A stretch of DNA of 64,000 nucleotides from Azolla caroliniana (taxonomy: Eukaryota > Plantae > Polypodiophyta), in contig JBHGNT010000015.1 of assembly GCA_043228905.1 (NCBI GenBank), positions 1,178,001 through 1,242,000 on the forward strand, read 5' to 3'. Below are positions 58,601-64,000 of the stretch, piece by piece. The notes below the pieces were generated by a model. It was given only the letters and a program-made list of their open reading frames with translations, was not told where the DNA came from and made no database searches. The number at the start of each line of letters is the position of its first letter. Positions within the stretch are counted from its first letter, which is position 1. A program made the translations under genes and the position numbers.

Positions 58601-61600
58601 CGATAGCTGGCGTAGTTGGTCGGGAAAAGAAGCGGGCGGAGGAGCGACTTCGGGCATGCGGAGTCCTCGGCCCTAAAGGGGGTTGCGTCAGACCCAAGTT
58701 TACGAGATCCAGCTAGCATAGGACACACGTTCACCGACATAACGCTACGGGAGCTCAAGATCGATGGGGGTGGCTTTCTACTGCCGGCGGAAGAGAACCG
58801 GTTTCGGAGAATGCTCGGGAGGCACGGGAAGGCTTTTGCATTCTCACCGAACGAGATCGGGTGCGTAGACCCGACGGTTGTGGAAACAATGGTGATCTTT
58901 ACGGTACCGCATGTGCGGTGGAATCTCAAACCGATTCCGGTACCTAGAGCTCACATCCCGAAGTTGATGGAGCTGCTGAAACAGAAGGTGGAGATGGGCA
59001 TCCTTGAACCGTCGAGTGCCCCATGCTCGAATCGATGGTTTACCGTGCCAAAGAGGAACGACATGTTCTGCTTTATTCAAGACCTGCAACCGGTCAACAA
59101 GGTGACCATTCGGAACGCAGGAATCAGATTGACCATAGACGAGTTCGCGGAGGCCTTCACTGGAAGGTTGATTTACTCGGTCGGTGATATGTACTCAGGG
59201 TACGATCAGTTCCAACTAGCCGTGGAGAGCAGGGACATTATGACGATGCGGACTCCTCTCGGCCTAGTGCGAATGTGTACCCTCTCGTGAGGGACGAACT
59301 CGGTAGCCTACATGGTGAACGCAAAGGAGGGACAAACTCAAAGGATGCCCGGTGGAGGAAAAGGACAGATGTCGGAAATTCGTGGTGGCTCACGTCGATG
59401 ACTGCGAGAAGGTACTGCAAAGACTAGAAGGAGCGAGGCTCACCTTCTCCGGGGAAAAATCGGCCTTCGGGCAATCGAAGATCATGGTCGTCGGACACCT
59501 ATGCAGGCCATACAGTCGGAAACCATCTCCAGCCAAGGTGGAGGCCATCTCGGCGATGAAGCAATACTACAATTCGGTTACGGAGGCTCGGAGACTCTTG
59601 GGAGCATGTGCATTCTACTAGATCTGGATCCCGCATTACGCCCACATCGCGGAGCCGCTCTATGGGTTGCTGAAGAAAGGGCGTAAATTCGAGTGGAGAG
59701 ACAAGCATACGGAGTCGGTCCGGAAGATGAAAGAAGCACTTGCCGCGGCACTGGTGCTCCGAAAGGCTGTCTACGGCAAAGACACTCCGATTTACGTGAC
59801 CATGGACACGAGTTCGACCGGGATTGGATGGGTGATCAACCAAGAGGATGACGATGGCGCGAGGTTCCCCATCCGGTTCGGCGCGAAAGTCCTCAGTGAG
59901 CGACAACGAGGATATGCCCAGGTTAAACGCGAACTCTGGGGGTCTCGTTTGGGCGGTCAAGGCCGATAAAGACTACCTGATTGGGACAGAGGTGATAATC
60001 GAGATGAACTGCCTGCCGATTCTCGGCATGGTTTCCGGATGTGCGACGTTGTACCTGGAAATGCTCAGGTGGATAGCGTACATCAAGTCCTTGAATCTGG
60101 AAATACGACACTTTTCCGGAAAAGACAATGCCATGGCCGACATGCTTTCGAGAGCGAGGTTCAATGACGAGGACGGCATGGTTTAAGAGGACGAGGAAGT
60201 TGGCGTGGACTTCTTCGAGGCGGCGTACATAACAACAATAAAGGGGAGCACTCCGGTGCTTAACGAGTTCGACGAGAGCAAGTATGATAGGGAGTGGCTC
60301 CAGATCGGCGGGTTCCTGAAGACAATGACATCGGACGCGGCGTGGACGAAGGAAGAGACCAATCGGATTCGGAAGAAAGCGTACCGATTCTTCCTACGGG
60401 ACGGGAGCATATGGAAGCACCCGAGGAAGAGAAACGACATCCCACTCCGAGTGGTGGCGAGGAAAGAGGAACAAGAAGAATTGCTGACGGCATACCACGA
60501 GAGTCCCTGGGCCGGACACCGCGGGACGTGGGCCACATTTGAGAAGCTAAAGGGGAAGTACTGGTGGCCGGGACTATACCAGGACGTGCATCAGTTCGTG
60601 ACGACTTGTGAAAGCTGTCAGGTGCACTCCATAGTCCAACATCGGGACGAGCTTCACCCGACCTACCCTTCGACCGTCCACTTCAAGTGGATGGTGGATC
60701 TGGTGACGATGCCGATGGGGGTAGGGTAGATGCGGTATCTGGTGCTGGCTCGGGAGGACCTGACGAACCAGGTGGAAGGCCGAGCGTTGTAGAACAAAAC
60801 GATTGCGGCCGTATGCCAATTTCTTATCGAAGAAGTGGTATGCCAGTACGGGTGCGTAGGTAAGATCGTGGCCGACCACGGAGAATTGGACGCGCAAGAG
60901 GTGGAAGAGTTGTTTGACTGGCTAGGGATTAAACTCTTGCTCACCACATCGTACAATCCGGAGGCTAACGGGAAGGTGGAACGCGGACACGGGCCGATCG
61001 TCAAAGCGTTAGTACGGGCGTGTGGAGGCCAAGTCGAGAACTGGCCGCAACTCTTACCCTATTTGTTGTGGGCGGACCGAACTACGCACAGTTTGGTAAC
61101 CGGGTTCATGCCGACAGAGCTAATGTATGGGCAGAAGCCGATCATGCCAACATAGCAGACAATCTCCTCATGGGCCACGGTGGACTGGAAAGACGAGATG
61201 AGCCGGGAGGAGCTGTTAGTGGCACGGATTCGGTAGCTGGAGCGAAGACCGGAGGACGTGGACCGAGCCGCGGAGAAGCTACGGGTGGTGAGGGTAAAGA
61301 ACAAAGGACAGTTTGACCGGACTCACCGACTGAGACCGAAGAAGATCGAGGAAGGTGACTGGGTTCTAGTGTATGACAACAGCCTCGACAACCAGCACAG
61401 GGCAATGCGGAAGTTTGCAAGAAGGTGGTTCGGGCCTTATGTGGTGAAAAGCGCCAACGACAATGGGACCTACCATCTCACGGAGCTCGACGGACAAGGA
61501 TGGCGGTACCAGTGGCGGGGAAAAGGATCAAAGCATTCAAAAAGCAGCATGAGGCTGAACCGAACCCGGACGACCTGGATGGCGACAACAACTGGCTCGG

Positions 61601-61830
61601 AATGGATGTCGATCCGGAAGACGAAGGATAAGCGTGGGTCGGTCTTCTCCGGCAAGAGTCTAATTTTGGCGCATACCAGTGAATGCGCGGTTAGGTGGGG
61701 GTGGATGTTGTGGAGAAAACCGTCCCTAGGCGGAAACCGGTTATAAAGTGCGTAAACCGGCCCTTACACGTAGGCACAAGTTTTGTTGTATAATACGTAG
61801 ATAGGTACAAGTCGGCTGAGGTGAAATCGG
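55661..61830 (+). mobile_element. Ty3/gypsy element G4, near full length, decayed
   Basis: 5' LTR 55661-56305, PBS 56310-56327, gag-protease 56350-58474, pol ~58468-61631 (RT, RNase H, integrase; many stops), PPT to 61705, 3' LTR from 61706 interrupted by C4. Confidence 0.93.
58465..58530 (+). promoter_or_regulatory. Putative -1 programmed ribosomal frameshift signal (slippery heptamer plus pseudoknot)
   Basis: G_GAT_TTT at 58465-58471 in the ORF1 frame, then TAG; 6-nt spacer; stem 1 GGGCTATC/GATAGTCC; loop (G)TGGGG complementary to downstream CCCCA/CCCCAC; the -1 frame is open for ~82 codons. Confidence 0.7.
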
Positions 61831-61832
61831 CC

Positions 61833-64000
61833 TAGTACGGATGTGTACCCTGTAGTAAAACAATGCTCGGCCACAACCGAGGAATAGGATCAACTTTCAG
61901 AAAACAGGAAATACAAAATGCACGAAGTACAATAGAGAGAAGAGTACACGGGATGTTTTACGTGGAAAACCCTAACTGGGGAAAAACCACGGGAGTCCTC
62001 AAACTCCAACTATCACTATAGACAGAGATGTACAATGGTGAAGCTACAAGGCAACAACCTTGAGCTCACTGTCTTCGCCACAGGCAGCGGCAGTACACAG
62101 AGGCAACGACCTCTTCGTCTCTCTCTCTCTCTCTCTCTCTTCCTCTCTCTCTCTCTCGGCTGAAAACATAAAAAATGAGCAACAACATAAACTGTTTGCC
62201 CTAAGTCATATTTATACACATATGACTTTCGGGCTATTTACAAATATAGCCTCAAGGGCTCTTAGCAAACATATTCACAAATATGTCCCCGCATCCGGAT
62301 CTCTCTTCGGGTACATTCAGCATCCGGCTCCGTAACCGGGGTCTTCATCATCCGGCTCCGTAACCGGGGTCTTCATCATCCGGCTCCGTAACCGCAACCG
62401 GGCTTGCCGTCATTTATCTCCGGGGACATCCCATCCGGAGGGACCGAAATCCCAACAAACTCCCCCTTCACTTCGGCATGGGATGTCTCTCCAATCCAAT
62501 CCTCTTCTGGCATGCTTCCAACTTGTCGGGTGTGAGCACTTTGGTCAGCATATCTGAGCCGTTCTCGTCCGTGTGGATCTTCATCAGCACGAACTCCTGG
62601 TCTTCTATCCTTTCCCGGATCCAGTGATATCTTCGCTGGATGTGCTTCGTCCGGGAGTGATAGGCCGCGTTCTTCGCAAGGTGGATGGCACTCTGACTGT
62701 CACAGTAGAGTCGGTACTCCTCCTGCCGGATACCAAGCTCTCTAATGAAGTCCTTCATCCATATCATTTCCTTGCCGGCTTCAACAGCCGCCATGTACTC
62801 CGCCTCCGTGGTTGACAACGCAACCGTCTTCTGCAGCCTCGACTGCCACGAAACAGCTCCCCCTGCATACGTCATCACATACCCTGATGTGGACCGGCTG
62901 GTATCTGCATCAGCCGACATATCCGAATCGGTAAAGCCGTCGAGTTCGGGCTTACCGGAGCCGAATCGGAGGCATACGTTTGCCGTGCCCTTCAGGTATC
63001 GCAGTATCCACTTGACCGCGTTCCAGTGTTCTTTGCCGGGATTGCTCATGTACCGGCTCACCACTCCGACTGCATATCCTATGTCCGGTCTTGTACACAC
63101 CATTGCGTACATCAACCTTCCGACGGCAGAGGCATATGGTACTTTCATCATGTCCTCTTTCTCAGCCTTTGTCTTGGGGCTTTGCTTGCTGGACAGCTTG
63201 CAGTTTGCCGGGAGGGTTGATCCGACCGGTCTTGCTTCCGACATGTTGAACCGGTGAAGCACCTTTGTTACGTACTTCTCCTGTGACAGCCACAACTGCT
63301 TCTTCTTCCGGTCTCGGATGATGTGCATCCCTAGTATTTGCCTCGCCGGACCCAGGTCCTTCATTGAGAAGGTTCGGTGAAGTGCTTTCTTCAGCATCCG
63401 TATCTTGCCCTGGTCCCGTCCGACGATCAACATGTCGTCCACGTACAGGAGGAGTATTAGAGAGTCTCCTCCTTCGAACTTCTTCACAAACACGCAGTGA
63501 TCGGACTGCGTTTTGTGGTACCCTTCGTCGGTCATGAAGGAGTCGAACTTCCGGTACCATTGTCGGGGAGCCTGCTTCAGTCCGTAAAGGCTCTTCTTCA
63601 ACCGGCATACCAGGTGCTCCTTCCCTTTCTTCTCGAATCCTTCCGGTTGCTGCATGTAGATCTCTTCTTCGAGGTCACCGTGAAGGAATGCCGTCTTCAC
63701 GTCCATCTGTTCTACCTCGAGGTCCATGCTTGCCGCTATGCTCAGCACCGTCCGGATGGAGGTCATCTTCACTACCGGGGCGAATATCTCGTCGAAGTCG
63801 ACGCCCTTCTTCTGCTGGAACCCCTTCACTACGATCCTGGCTTTGTATCTCGGGGGGTTTCCGGCATCTCCCGGTTTCAGCTTGAACACCCACTTGTTTC
63901 GAAGTGCCCGCTTACCTTTCGGCAACTCCACAAGTTCATATGTGTGGTTCTCATGCAGGGAATCCATCTCCTCCTGCATGGCACTTAACCACCTGCGGCT
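61833..64000 (-). mobile_element. Ty1/copia element C4 (close relative of C2), 3' part; continues off the right edge
   Basis: Intact RT-RNase H ORF 62468-63979 nearly identical to C2, PPT 62458-62472, 3' LTR ~61833/61842-62457 with a 28-bp motif repeated ~2.6 times (62321-62393). The left LTR boundary is uncertain. Confidence 0.93.

Overview
Intron-rich land-plant nuclear DNA. The PPR style and retroelement types suggest a fern or other seed-free plant (inference only). Left half (1-31 kb) is genic: the 5' half of a P4-type phospholipid flippase (ALA family, minus strand, runs off the left edge); a divergently transcribed, complete 8-exon BZW/eIF5-mimic gene whose ATG is in a poor UUU-AUG-A context; an intronless PLS-class PPR ORF with a truncated E domain; a decayed tandem duplicate of the BZW gene; and a DUF538 gene. 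These are interspersed with tandem repeats and TE relics. Right half (33.5-64 kb) is a nested LTR-retrotransposon island. It holds four Ty3/gypsy copies (G1-G4) of a non-chromovirus family with an FLDD RT motif, a tRNA-Trp PBS (in the three copies that retain one) and a 4-bp TSD (seen in G3). It also holds four Tnt1/Tork-like Ty1/copia copies (C1-C4), an unrelated copia gag fragment (C5) and a solo LTR. The best candidate for an undescribed system is in G4: ORF1 is Gag+protease and ends in a G_GAT_TTT_TAG slippery site, followed 6 nt later by a predicted H-type pseudoknot and an open -1 frame. This is a putative programmed -1 ribosomal frameshift between protease and RT. Other notable points are a very young full-length copia with a D-to-N change in the integrase DDE triad, a 54-bp U3 array in a copia LTR, templated-insertion deletion scars, and one deletion that explains an apparent copia-gypsy chimera. 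All coordinates and identities were read by eye.
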